DNA of 64,000 bases from Anaerolineae bacterium (GTDB taxonomy: Bacteria; Chloroflexota; Anaerolineae; Aggregatilineales; UBA3940). The notes beneath the pieces were generated by a model. It worked only from the letters and a program-made list of their open reading frames with translations. It did no database searches and was not told the origin of the DNA. The translations under genes and the position numbers were made by a program. Where the stretch lies: assembly GCA_016928235.1 (NCBI GenBank), contig JAFGLD010000205.1:1348-65347 (forward strand), written 5' to 3'. Shown piece by piece: positions 10,410-20,276 of the stretch; the stretch's first letter is position 1, and each line of letters opens with the position of its first letter.

Positions 10410-11768
10410 ATGGAGAAGAGATTCTATCTTCTGTTAGTATTTGTGCTGGTTCTTTCACTGGTGGGGTGCCAACAGGCAGCCGCTACGCTTACCGCAGCGC
10501 CTGCGACCGAAGTTGCGGCTGAAGAAGAAGTGGCAACTGAAGCTGTTGAGGAAGAGGCTACCGAGGTAGCTACTGCTGAGGCCGAGGCGGTTACCCTGAC
10601 AGTTTGGGTGACTGGCGAAGAAGCTGATGGTGGCCAGGTTCAGGCCGCTGCTGATGCTTACACTGCCCAGAATCCCAATGTCATTATCAAGACAGAGGTT
10701 GTTCCGTGGTCTGATGCCCATACCAAGATCCTGGCAGCCGCGGCTGCCGGATCTGGCCCTGATGTCATCACGGGCGGTATGTCTTGGGGGCTCGAGCTGG
10801 GTCAGAACGGCGGTATGATCGACCTGAATGCCCAGTATCCGGATATCGCTAAGGACATCCAGAGCAAGACCATGCCCAATATCTGGGAAGCCATCGTTCC
10901 GGCTACCGGTGAGGTCTATGGTGTCCAGCAGAGTGTAACCGTCAATATGATATACTATCGCACCGATATCCTCGAAGAGGTTACTGGCTCGACAGATACA
11001 CCCAAGACCTGGGAAGAATTCACCGCCCTGCTCGACGAGCTCCAGGCAGCCGGCTATGATGCTCCGATGCTGTGGCGTTGGGGTAACACCGATTGGCTCG
11101 GTTTCCAGAGCATCCTGTATCAAGCTGGTGGTACGTTCTACTCGCCGGACTGCTCTTCGGTGACTGTCAACAGCCCCGAAGGGGCCCAGGCCCTTGATTT
11201 CATGCTGAGCCTCTACAGCAAGTACAATACCCCCACCGATGCATGGCCGGATCAGGTAGCGTTTGTCAACGGCGATGCTCCAGTCATGATCGACGGCAAC
11301 TGGATCGTTCCAGACTTCGATCTGACCCGGCCCGAAATTGCCGGCAAGTGGATACCTGCTGTTATGCCTGCCGGCCCCAGTGGCAAGTCCGTCACTTTCC
11401 TCGGCGGCAATATCATCGGCATTATGTCTTATGCGCCTCAGGCGTCCCAGGATGCCGCTGCGGACTTCATTCACTTTCTGTATACCGAGGAAGCTGTGAA
11501 GGTACAGGCCGAGTATCGCGCGTCCCAGAAGGGTATCTTCATCCCGCCTTATGATGAGTTCGTTGATATCATCCCAATTGGTGATGATCTGAAGGCTGCC
11601 ATCATCGAAACTTTGAGTACCGCTTATGGCCCCCCGACCTGCCCGGGCTTCGAAGCCGGCAACCCCGATGTCACCAAGGCAATCCAGGAAGCTATCTTCG
11701 GCGAAGCCGATGCAGCAACCGCTCTCGAGAATGCACAGGCTGCTCTGGAAAAGACTTTGACCCAGTAG
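10410..11768 (+). CDS. Sugar ABC transporter solute-binding lipoprotein (CUT1)
   Basis: AGGAGG RBS, lipobox LVGC, Glu/Ala/Thr linker, GSGPDV, YYRTD, PKTWEEF. Confidence 0.9.
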   Translation: MEKRFYLLLVFVLVLSLVGCQQAAATLTAAPATEVAAEEEVATEAVEEEATEVATAEAEAVTLTVWVTGEEADGGQVQAAADAYTAQNPNVIIKTEVVPWSDAHTKILAAAAAGSGPDVITGGMSWGLELGQNGGMIDLNAQYPDIAKDIQSKTMPNIWEAIVPATGEVYGVQQSVTVNMIYYRTDILEEVTGSTDTPKTWEEFTALLDELQAAGYDAPMLWRWGNTDWLGFQSILYQAGGTFYSPDCSSVTVNSPEGAQALDFMLSLYSKYNTPTDAWPDQVAFVNGDAPVMIDGNWIVPDFDLTRPEIAGKWIPAVMPAGPSGKSVTFLGGNIIGIMSYAPQASQDAAADFIHFLYTEEAVKVQAEYRASQKGIFIPPYDEFVDIIPIGDDLKAAIIETLSTAYGPPTCPGFEAGNPDVTKAIQEAIFGEADAATALENAQAALEKTLTQ

Positions 11769-11794
11769 TAGTTGCTGTGCTGGAGATACACAAT

Positions 11795-11826
11795 TTGAGG
11801 TGGAGCGGATTTCCGCCCCACCTCAA
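11795..11826 (+). terminator. Intercistronic stem-loop after the SBP gene
   Basis: TTGAGGTGGaGCGGA / TCCGCcCCACCTCAA inverted repeat without a strong U-tract. Confidence 0.6.
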
Positions 11827-11849
11827 GACTTACTCAAGAGGAGTGTCAG

Positions 11850-12800
11850 ATGACAGCTATAGCCAGTGGTTTCGAAGCTGCCGATCCAGAACCCAGGCGC
11901 CAATCTAAATTCAGCAAATATCTTCCATTATATGGAATGATGCTGCCGTTCTTATTGTTGTTTTTTGTTTTTACCGTCTGGCCCCTCGTTCGCTCATTCC
12001 AGTTAAGCCTGACGGATTATACGGGCATTGCTACCAAAGAAATCAATTTCATTGGGCTGGATAATTATTCGGCACTATTAAGCGATGAACGTTTTCAAAC
12101 CTCACTCTGGAATATTGGACGTTACGTCTTTTTTACAGTCACCTTAAACACCATTATTGGGGTGATTCTGGCTGTTATTTTACAGGCACAGGGCAAGTTC
12201 AATCAGATTGCTCGTACCCTGTTCTTTATGCCTTCGGTGACTGCAGGTCTGGCCACCGTGGTGGTCTGGCAGTATATTTTTCGTAGCGACAAATATGGTT
12301 TGATGAATACGCTGGTTACTTCTTTGGGGGGAGATATCATCCCCTTCTTAGGACGGCCAACCTACTATATGCCGATCTTCGTATTCGTGAGCATTTGGGG
12401 TGGCTGCGGAATGACGATGATCTTCATCCTGGCCGGACTGAAATCGATCAATCGTGAATTATACGAGGCGGCTGCCATTGATGGTGCCAACTCATGGCGG
12501 CGCTTCTGGACAATTACACTACCCCTTCTTCGACCAACTCTATTGTACGTGGTTGTCACTGGCATTATCGGCGCATTCCAGCTCTTCGATATGGCTTACA
12601 TTATAAGTGGCGGTGGTCTGGGCTCGATGGGGGGGCCGCTTGATGCGGGTCTGACGCCCATGCTCTACTTGTACTATCTGGGGTTCACTCGCTTTAGCAT
12701 AGGCAAGGCCTCGGCGCTGGCCTGGATGTTGTTCCTGATCATCATTATCTTCAGCCTTATCCTTATGCGTATCGGCCGCTTCACAGATGATACGCTATAA
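11850..12800 (+). CDS. Sugar ABC permease (MalF-like)
   Basis: FIGLDNY, ELYEAAAIDGA EAA loop, 6 TM. Confidence 0.93.
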   Translation: MTAIASGFEAADPEPRRQSKFSKYLPLYGMMLPFLLLFFVFTVWPLVRSFQLSLTDYTGIATKEINFIGLDNYSALLSDERFQTSLWNIGRYVFFTVTLNTIIGVILAVILQAQGKFNQIARTLFFMPSVTAGLATVVVWQYIFRSDKYGLMNTLVTSLGGDIIPFLGRPTYYMPIFVFVSIWGGCGMTMIFILAGLKSINRELYEAAAIDGANSWRRFWTITLPLLRPTLLYVVVTGIIGAFQLFDMAYIISGGGLGSMGGPLDAGLTPMLYLYYLGFTRFSIGKASALAWMLFLIIIIFSLILMRIGRFTDDTL

Positions 12801-12917
12801 AGACGGGAAGGCTGTCCAATCAGGACTTCATTATGTAGGGCTCGATGCTGGCCGGTACATCAGCGGAAAGCGCATCGCTTTTTGGAAGAACTCTGGTGAA
12901 AAAGGAATAGGTAACCT

Positions 12918-13802
12918 ATGATCCGAGAAAAGCAAAATCCCTTCGTCTGGCTTGCTATCCGCCTGCCGATCCTCTTGTTGGCTTTGACCATGATAATTCC
13001 CTACTATTACATGACCATCAGCTCCTTCAAGACCGTGCAGGAATTAAAGAGATACCCACCGACATTTTGGCCGCAGGCCATAACGCTGAACAATTTTTAC
13101 GACCCTACACCTACAGAATTGGAGCATACCAGGGGACTCTTCCAATACTTTGACAAGACATCCTTACGCTTCGGCAGAATATTGTTAAACAGCCTCTTCA
13201 TTGCCGTCGTCAACCCGCTCATGCAGCTGCTGCTTGCCTCTATGGTGGCGTATGTCTTGGCGAAACGCAGAGTTCCCGGCGGAAACTTCATTTTCTTATT
13301 CATCTTAGCCTCGTGGATGATCCCCTGGCCGGTTACGCTGATTCCTAATTTTCTCACCATCAGCTCGCTAAAGTGGGTAAATACTTACGCCGGACTGATG
13401 GTGCCCGGCTGGGTCAGTGCCTTTGCTGTATTCTTCTTGCGCCAGTACATGCTCAGCATTCCCGACGAGCTAGTCGATGCTGCCCGCATTGATGGCGCAG
13501 GCGAGCTGCGTATTTGGTGGCAGGTGGTCATGCCACTGGCCACTCCGGCGTTGGCAGCTCTGGGTGTCTTTGCCGTCCTGGGTTCCTGGAACAACTTCGT
13601 GTGGCCGTTGATCGTTGCCCAGGATAATGCGCATTTCACTGTACCCGTAGCCATGGCCCAGCTATCGACTGTTTTGACAGGAGCTACGGCAGGGGCAGTC
13701 ATGCTGGGGGCCTTGCTGTCTTCTTTGTTGCCGATGGCATTCTTCTTCCGCTTCCAAAAGGAATTTGTGGAGAACATCGCCATGACCGGCGTCAAAGGGT
13801 AG
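12918..13802 (+). CDS. Sugar ABC permease (MalG-like)
   Basis: IPDELVDAARIDGA, WNNFVWP, ends GVKG. Confidence 0.93.
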   Translation: MIREKQNPFVWLAIRLPILLLALTMIIPYYYMTISSFKTVQELKRYPPTFWPQAITLNNFYDPTPTELEHTRGLFQYFDKTSLRFGRILLNSLFIAVVNPLMQLLLASMVAYVLAKRRVPGGNFIFLFILASWMIPWPVTLIPNFLTISSLKWVNTYAGLMVPGWVSAFAVFFLRQYMLSIPDELVDAARIDGAGELRIWWQVVMPLATPALAALGVFAVLGSWNNFVWPLIVAQDNAHFTVPVAMAQLSTVLTGATAGAVMLGALLSSLLPMAFFFRFQKEFVENIAMTGVKG

Positions 13803-13829
13803 TCAATTCTATTGCTATGCATAAAAGTG

Positions 13830-13863
13830 AAGGAGCGCCGAAACGCATTTCGGCGCTCCTTTA
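13830..13863 (+). terminator. Rho-independent terminator
   Basis: AAGGAGCGCCGAAA-cgca-TTTCGGCGCTCCTT followed by T. Confidence 0.75.
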
Positions 13864-14041
13864 GTCTGAGGGTTTTGGGCTTATGGACTTACTCTCATGT
13901 CGCCGGAAAATTTCGATACATGTTCTCCCTCAAAACGCTTCCTGATTGTCTTGAGAGGAAACAGATCATGACCAGACCATGCACTCTTTTGAATGTATGC
14001 TCGTTATGAGAATATTGGGTATGACGGAGTGTTGGAAAACG

Positions 14042-15667
14042 ATGACTCTCATATCTACACCTTTGAGGCGCTTGCCTGGTGTACTGCTGGCGCTGGTCTT
14101 TCTCGCTGGTTGTAGCTGGCTGCAACCATCTGCTGTGCCAACAGCTCGATTGGCGCCGCTGCCTATCGCCGGGGTGGTGGTAGAGCGCACGCCTGGCCCC
14201 ACATCGACGCCGCAGCCGCAAGCAACCACTGTTCCCACAGCGATCCCTACACCTGACCCCAATACCTCTCTTCCTGCCCAGGATCTGTTTTTGGATCCTA
14301 TCTGGTATCGAACGACTCTGCTTGATGTCACCGACAAATGGAACGGTGGGCTTGATGGGCAGTCGGGTATGGGGGCCTATCAACCCGACTTCAACGGTTG
14401 TTTCTACGTCGACCTGGCCCGCGATTGGCAGCAGAAGGGGGGATACTTCGACTCGAATGTCCCTCAAGGTCTGGGGGAAGATCGCGAAATACCGCAATAC
14501 TATCTTAATTTGGGATACTCCAGCACCGTTATTGCTCAGAGCCGTGCAATCTACATCAATGTGGAAGCTTATCGTACTGCTGGGCCGGAGGAGGGTGAGC
14601 GGTTCCTGGAAGCCGTGAATGCAGGTGTGCAGTGCCTGATCACGCGATTCTGGGATCCGGTATACGGCGGCTTTAACTGGGAAGTCCAGACTGACGGTCG
14701 TGTCAGAGATGTCGAGAAGCAGGGATATGGCAATGTCCATGCTTTGATGGTGTTGGCTCAGGCTTACTCGGTCACGCATAATCCCGAACACTTGCGAACT
14801 GCCCTGCACCAGCTCCGCGTTATCGAGGAGCAATATCTCGATCCGGATTATCCTGGTGGCATCCGCCCTGGCTTTAACCGTGATTTCAGCGTCATCATCG
14901 GCGTAAACAATATCGATATATGGACCCACTATTTTGAGGCCCTGCTGGCACTCTATGATGTGACTGAGGGGGCAGATCGTGAACATATTGCCAATCTAAT
15001 CGAGACTGCCGCCGATTTCTTGATCCATCGATTGGTGCGCGAGCAAGCTGGCTACCCCGACCGGTTGTATGTGGCTTACAACTACGATACTCAATGGAAT
15101 CCTTCCCAGTTGCCCTATAGCCGTGATGCGCAGTGGTCAGGTGCCATGCACAGCACGCCGGGACACTGCGTCGAGCTGGCTTACCTGATCAGCCGGGCCG
15201 TCGAACGTGGCTTCGACCCAGCGTGGCTGGATACAGCCTACAAGCTCATGAACTTCAGTACCGCCAATGCTTTTGACGCTACCACTGGCGGTATGCTCTA
15301 CGAAACGTTGGACTACGAAGGCAAGCCCCTGGTCGATAATCCTGATAACGACAAGTACATCTGGTGGGCGCAATCCGAATCAGACCGAGCCTTCCTTCAT
15401 TTTGCGGTTGTGCGCCAGGTGGATTATGTGAAGCAATTTAAGGCTATCGAAGCGCTCATTCATGGCCCACTCACCGATCCTGTCTATGGAGGTTGGTACG
15501 ATTCGCTGGAAGTAGGCACGCTCAAACCACAAGGCTTCGACAAAGGGAATGTGTGGAAGGTGAATTATCACTACACCATGTTCTTTGTCGAAGCACTGCG
15601 TCTGGCTGAACAATATCCCGACCAGGTGAAGGCACTGGATCAGCAACTCTTAGTGGGTGGTGATTAA
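14042..15667 (+). CDS. AGE/cellobiose-2-epimerase-family lipoprotein
   Basis: Lipobox LAGC, Pro/Thr linker, QSRAIY, FWDPVYGGF, WTHYFEA, PGHCVE, WWAQSE, WKVNYH. Confidence 0.82.
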   Translation: MTLISTPLRRLPGVLLALVFLAGCSWLQPSAVPTARLAPLPIAGVVVERTPGPTSTPQPQATTVPTAIPTPDPNTSLPAQDLFLDPIWYRTTLLDVTDKWNGGLDGQSGMGAYQPDFNGCFYVDLARDWQQKGGYFDSNVPQGLGEDREIPQYYLNLGYSSTVIAQSRAIYINVEAYRTAGPEEGERFLEAVNAGVQCLITRFWDPVYGGFNWEVQTDGRVRDVEKQGYGNVHALMVLAQAYSVTHNPEHLRTALHQLRVIEEQYLDPDYPGGIRPGFNRDFSVIIGVNNIDIWTHYFEALLALYDVTEGADREHIANLIETAADFLIHRLVREQAGYPDRLYVAYNYDTQWNPSQLPYSRDAQWSGAMHSTPGHCVELAYLISRAVERGFDPAWLDTAYKLMNFSTANAFDATTGGMLYETLDYEGKPLVDNPDNDKYIWWAQSESDRAFLHFAVVRQVDYVKQFKAIEALIHGPLTDPVYGGWYDSLEVGTLKPQGFDKGNVWKVNYHYTMFFVEALRLAEQYPDQVKALDQQLLVGGD

Positions 15668-15706
15668 GCTTCAGTTTGTAGCTGTCAGCCATAATAGGAA
15701 CGCTCT

Positions 15707-18571
15707 ATGTATTTCCGGTCGATTTTTCGTGTTGCTATCAAGCGCCTTTTAACCCAGCGTGGGCTATCTCTGGCGACCACACTGGGGCTGATCATCTCGG
15801 TGGCGCTGGCCATGAGTGTGCCCCTTTATGCCGATTCGATTTTGCACCGTATGCTCACCGAGCGTCTGGCTGCGGACGAGGAGCGAAAGGGCGAGCCCAA
15901 TGCTCCGTTTAGCTTGCTCTTCGAGCATTTGCAGACCAAACGAGGTACGGCCCAATGGGCTGAGCTGGAAGCCATCGATACGTACTTCACATCGGGGGAG
16001 GCGGAGCGCGGGCTGGGCCTGCCCTTGCAGCTTAATATTCGCTATTTCAAAACATATGCCTTGGGGCTGTATCCGGCCGATACCATCCCTGCGGATTCGG
16101 ATGGGCCGCTTGCCACGGCCAGTCTGGGCACGCTGACAGGAATCGAAAATTACATTACCCTGACCGAAGGCCGCCTACCTGACCCATCGGCTGGTGCTAT
16201 TGAAGTGCTGGTAAGTGTACGCCAGGCGGAAGCCAAGGACTTACATCCCGGTCAATCTCTTCTGGCTTTCTATCACGATACTGTAAACCCAGATCGACCC
16301 GACATCCAATTGCCTGTCTCCGTTGTAGGGGTGTGGCAGGCTACAGATCCCAATGATGCATTCTGGTTCTTTGAGCCGGCTGCTTTTGACGAAGCGCTGT
16401 TGATGCCTGAAGGCACTTTCTTTAACCATGCAGTCGCATTGGAAGGTCAGCGCTGGATCAGCGAGTGGTACCTGGTGCCGGATGCCAGCTCGGTGCGGTC
16501 AGACAGTGTCGATGAGACATTGGCACGTGTGACGACGGTCAAAACCCGCACCGATGCTCTGCTACCGACTATCAAGTCGCGCATCCTGCCGCTCGATCTG
16601 CTGAAGCAATACCAGATGGCTGCCAGGCAGCTAACTTTCTCTTTGTTCGTCTTCAGCGTGCCGATTGTGGGCCTGCTCATTGCTTTCATCAGCCTGGTGG
16701 TCAGTCTGGCTGTTGAGCGCCGGCGGAACGAGATCGCCATGCTGCGCAGCCGTGGGGCAAGCTTGTTGCAGATCGTTGGCATCGCGGGGCTTGAGGGTGG
16801 CATCATGTGTGGGCTGGCTTTGATCATTGGCCTCCCGCTTAGTGAGGGGTTGACACGGGCTATGGGTCACACGCGCAGCTTTCTCAATTTCACCCTGCCC
16901 GGTGAGCTTAATCTACGTCTCACGCAGCCGGCATTGCTCTTTGGTATTGCCGTACTCGTCCTGATACTGCTCATTCAGCTCATACCTACCCTCAGCGCGG
17001 CGCGGCAGACTATCGTTACCTACCGGCAGGAGCGCACAAGGGAGCTGAGACCCCCGTGGTGGCAGAGGCTGTGGATCGATGTGCTATTGCTGATCGTTGC
17101 GGGCTATGGCACTTATGTCGTTCGTAGCCAGGGCAGTCTGGCTGAGGCTACGCAGTCCGATCCGTTCCATAACCCGCTGCTTATCCTCGTCCCGGCATTG
17201 GGTATCTTTGCCGTCAGTCTTTTCCTGTTGCGTATCTTGCCCAAGGTGCTGGCTCTGGTAGCGTGGGTATCATCCCGTACCCCTGGTGTCAGTCTGGTGC
17301 TGGCAGCCCGGCACCTGGCGCGGGCTCCAGCATTCTATGGTGCGCCGATGGTGCTGCTGATCCTGACGCTGAGCCTGGCAACCTTCACCGCGTCGTTAGC
17401 GGCCACCCTGGATAGCCACCTGCTCGCCCAACAGCGTTACCAGACCGGGGGCGATCTGCATCTGGAAGAGATCGGAGAGTGTTTGCGAGCCCTGCCCATC
17501 CAAACCTATGGCAGCGAGCCGCGCTGCGATCTCAGTGCCTCACTGCTGGAAGGGCCTATTTGGCAATTTCCACCTGTCATCGACCACCTCAAAGTGTCTG
17601 GAGTGACAGCCGTCACGCGCGTGGGACGCTGGAGTATGGAGGTATCCATTGACTCTGACCGAATCAAGGGTGTCTTTCTGGGCATTGAGCCAGGCCAGTT
17701 TGCCGATGTAGCCTACTGGCGCAGCGATTATGCCCCAGTGAGCCTGGAGACGCTGATGAGCCAGGTCGCGCTCGATGGGGTGGCCGTATCAAGCGATCTG
17801 CTCGATGAAAATGATCTCACCGTGGGCGATACGATTGATCTGTATGTCACTGCTGGCCGGATATACAAGATCAGCCGGAAAATTACAGGGACATTCGATT
17901 ACTTCCCAACCTGGTATCCTCAGACCAATGAGGTAGCCATCGTAGGCGATCTGGACACGTTCTTCAGGGAAGTGGGCGGGTCTTATCCTTACAATGTCTG
18001 GGCGAGCACCCCATCAGAGATAGATTTCAAGCAAACGGTAGAGAATCTGCGCGACGTCAATATCTTCCCGGCCATCAAGATCACCAAGTGGGTCGCATCG
18101 CCGATGGAGATTGCGGAACAACAGGGCCAGCCCGATCGACAAGGGCTTTTTGGCGTACTCTCCGTCGGATTTGTGGCCTCGGCTTTGCTCACCGTCATCG
18201 GCTTCTTCCTCTATGCGTTGTTTTCGTTCCGCAAGCGCTTTATTGAGGTTGGCTTGATGCGGGCGATTGGCCTCTCGGCCCGGCAGATGATTTTGTATCT
18301 GGCCTGGGAGCAGGCCTTCTTGATCGGTACCGGTTTGTTGGTGGGGACGGCCCTCGGCATCCTGGTGGGCGAGATATTTATCCCTACTTTGCAGTTTGGT
18401 ACGGAAGCCGCCCAGTTGGTGCCCCCTTTCCAGGTACAGATTGCCTGGGGGGCGCTCGTCCAGATTTATGCGTTGTTTGGGGCCCTTTTCCTGGGCGCGT
18501 CGGGTGGCCTGGCTATGTTGTTGCGACGGATGAAGATCTTCCAGGCAATCAAGCTAGGAGAAACCGTATGA
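15707..18571 (+). CDS. Large FtsX-family ABC3 permease
   Basis: ERRRNEIAMLRSRGAS and RFIEVGLMRAIGLS FtsX motifs, two large extracytoplasmic domains. Confidence 0.88.
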   Translation: MYFRSIFRVAIKRLLTQRGLSLATTLGLIISVALAMSVPLYADSILHRMLTERLAADEERKGEPNAPFSLLFEHLQTKRGTAQWAELEAIDTYFTSGEAERGLGLPLQLNIRYFKTYALGLYPADTIPADSDGPLATASLGTLTGIENYITLTEGRLPDPSAGAIEVLVSVRQAEAKDLHPGQSLLAFYHDTVNPDRPDIQLPVSVVGVWQATDPNDAFWFFEPAAFDEALLMPEGTFFNHAVALEGQRWISEWYLVPDASSVRSDSVDETLARVTTVKTRTDALLPTIKSRILPLDLLKQYQMAARQLTFSLFVFSVPIVGLLIAFISLVVSLAVERRRNEIAMLRSRGASLLQIVGIAGLEGGIMCGLALIIGLPLSEGLTRAMGHTRSFLNFTLPGELNLRLTQPALLFGIAVLVLILLIQLIPTLSAARQTIVTYRQERTRELRPPWWQRLWIDVLLLIVAGYGTYVVRSQGSLAEATQSDPFHNPLLILVPALGIFAVSLFLLRILPKVLALVAWVSSRTPGVSLVLAARHLARAPAFYGAPMVLLILTLSLATFTASLAATLDSHLLAQQRYQTGGDLHLEEIGECLRALPIQTYGSEPRCDLSASLLEGPIWQFPPVIDHLKVSGVTAVTRVGRWSMEVSIDSDRIKGVFLGIEPGQFADVAYWRSDYAPVSLETLMSQVALDGVAVSSDLLDENDLTVGDTIDLYVTAGRIYKISRKITGTFDYFPTWYPQTNEVAIVGDLDTFFREVGGSYPYNVWASTPSEIDFKQTVENLRDVNIFPAIKITKWVASPMEIAEQQGQPDRQGLFGVLSVGFVASALLTVIGFFLYALFSFRKRFIEVGLMRAIGLSARQMILYLAWEQAFLIGTGLLVGTALGILVGEIFIPTLQFGTEAAQLVPPFQVQIAWGALVQIYALFGALFLGASGGLAMLLRRMKIFQAIKLGETV

Positions 18572-19446
18572 GCGAGAGTTTTATTCGCTGCGAAAGCCTG
18601 GTCAAGATCTATAAGCTGTCGGGCGTGGAAGTGCAGGCCTTGCAGGGGCTTGATCTCTCCGTGGGGCAGGGGGAGATGTTGGGCATTGTGGGCGCCAGCG
18701 GCAGCGGCAAGTCGACTCTCATGAACATCCTGGGCGGGCTGGATCGACCCACGGCAGGGAATGCCCATGTCGGCCAGTACAATCTGCTGAAGCTCAGCGA
18801 CCGTGCCTTGACCCACTACCGCCGCTCGATGGTGGGATTTGTCTGGCAGCAGGCCGCGCGTAACCTGGTGCCCTACCTGACGGCGGTTGAGAACGTCGAG
18901 ATGCCGATGATGCTGGCCGGGCGACGCAAAACAGGTGAGCGCGCCCGCCAGTTACTGGAGATGGTGGGGCTGGCCGACCGCCGCCATCATCGTCTGGATC
19001 AGCTGTCGGGCGGCGAGCAGCAGCGTGTCGCCATCGCTGTGGCTCTGGCCGATGAGCCGGAGCTGTTACTGGCCGACGAGCCGACCGGTGAGCTGGACAA
19101 TGCCACGGCCCAGACTATCTTCGATGTTCTCCGCACGATCAACACATCGCTCGGTGTGACGATGCTGATCGTGACACACGACCCGGCCATCGCCCAGCAG
19201 GTCAACCGCGTCGTGAGCGTGCGCGATGGCAAGCTGGCGGCAGAAACCATCCGGCGAGCTGTTGAAACCGAGGATGAGACAGGTACCCACGTCAGCTATC
19301 AGATGCTGGACTCGGCGGGCCGGATGCAGATACCTAAAGAATATAGAGAGCATTTCCAGATCAAGCATCGTGTTATTTTGGAGCCTCAGGAAGATGGCAT
19401 TCTGATCAAACCCGTATCGGACGAGAGCTATGAACAACGTCATTGA
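18568..19446 (+). CDS. ABC ATPase with C-terminal AbrB/SpoVT-like domain
   Basis: GASGSGKS, LSGGEQQR, LADEPTG; tail LDSAGRMQIPKEYRE...ILIKP. Confidence 0.9.
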   Translation: MSESFIRCESLVKIYKLSGVEVQALQGLDLSVGQGEMLGIVGASGSGKSTLMNILGGLDRPTAGNAHVGQYNLLKLSDRALTHYRRSMVGFVWQQAARNLVPYLTAVENVEMPMMLAGRRKTGERARQLLEMVGLADRRHHRLDQLSGGEQQRVAIAVALADEPELLLADEPTGELDNATAQTIFDVLRTINTSLGVTMLIVTHDPAIAQQVNRVVSVRDGKLAAETIRRAVETEDETGTHVSYQMLDSAGRMQIPKEYREHFQIKHRVILEPQEDGILIKPVSDESYEQRH

Positions 19447-20113
19447 GACTCACGATGTATGGCGCGTCTATCGAACCGGCCAACAGGAAGTAGCTGCTCT
19501 GCGCGGTGTCAGCCTGTGTGTGACACGTGGGCGTTTCGTGGCGCTCAAGGGACGCTCCGGCAGTGGTAAGACGACGCTTTTAAACTGTGTCGGTGGGCTC
19601 GATCAGCCCACACACGGTACGGTGCAGGTGCTTGGACAGGAATTGACCGGCTGGGATGATGAGCGTCTGACAACCTGGCGGCGTGAGCAGGTCGGGTTCG
19701 TTTTTCAATCGTTTGGCCTGATCACCACCCTGTCTGTCTACGAAAATGTGGAGCTGATGGCGCGTTTGCGCCGGCTGTCCGCCACCGAGCGCCACCAGCG
19801 CACTGTGGAGTGCCTTGAGCGCGTGGGGCTAGACAAGTGGCACAACCATCGTCCCGATGAGCTGTCGGGTGGGCAGCAGCAGCGCGTGGCGATTGCCCGC
19901 GCACTGGCCAACAACGCGCCGCTCATGTTGGCGGATGAGCCGACCGGCGAGCTGGACAGCACCACCGGGAGCGAGATATTAAAGCTGTTCCGCCAGATTG
20001 TGGACGAGGAGGGTGTCACGCTACTCATGGTCTCGCACGACAAGCTGGTCGAGGATTACGCCGATGAAGTATTGCATCTGCAAGATGGGCAGATTATAGG
20101 GTTTGGGGGATAG
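19430..20113 (+). CDS. ABC ATPase (LolD-like)
   Basis: GRSGSGKT, LSGGQQQR, LADEPTG. Confidence 0.92.
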   Translation: MNNVIETHDVWRVYRTGQQEVAALRGVSLCVTRGRFVALKGRSGSGKTTLLNCVGGLDQPTHGTVQVLGQELTGWDDERLTTWRREQVGFVFQSFGLITTLSVYENVELMARLRRLSATERHQRTVECLERVGLDKWHNHRPDELSGGQQQRVAIARALANNAPLMLADEPTGELDSTTGSEILKLFRQIVDEEGVTLLMVSHDKLVEDYADEVLHLQDGQIIGFGG

Positions 20114-20168
20114 GGGTCAGGGGATGGGGTGCTTGTCCCCATGCTCTGTGCTCAGATGTTGGTTTTTC

Positions 20169-20191
20169 GTTACCACGCTCTGCGTGGTAAC
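20169..20191. repeat. REP-like palindrome
   Basis: GTTACCACGC-tct-GCGTGGTAAC perfect 10-bp arms. Confidence 0.65.
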
Positions 20192-20276
20192 CCAAAGGGT
20201 GATGCTTTGCATCCCGTGGTTTTTTCTTGCTCTCGTGTTTTGAGTGAGCACGAGAGAATGCATAGGAGGAGTTTTT

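Noticed and set aside
10455-11474. Long antisense ORFs (also 13895-14986, 36309-37283, 48785-49618)
   Set aside because: Shadows of well-supported genes on the opposite strand in GC-rich DNA
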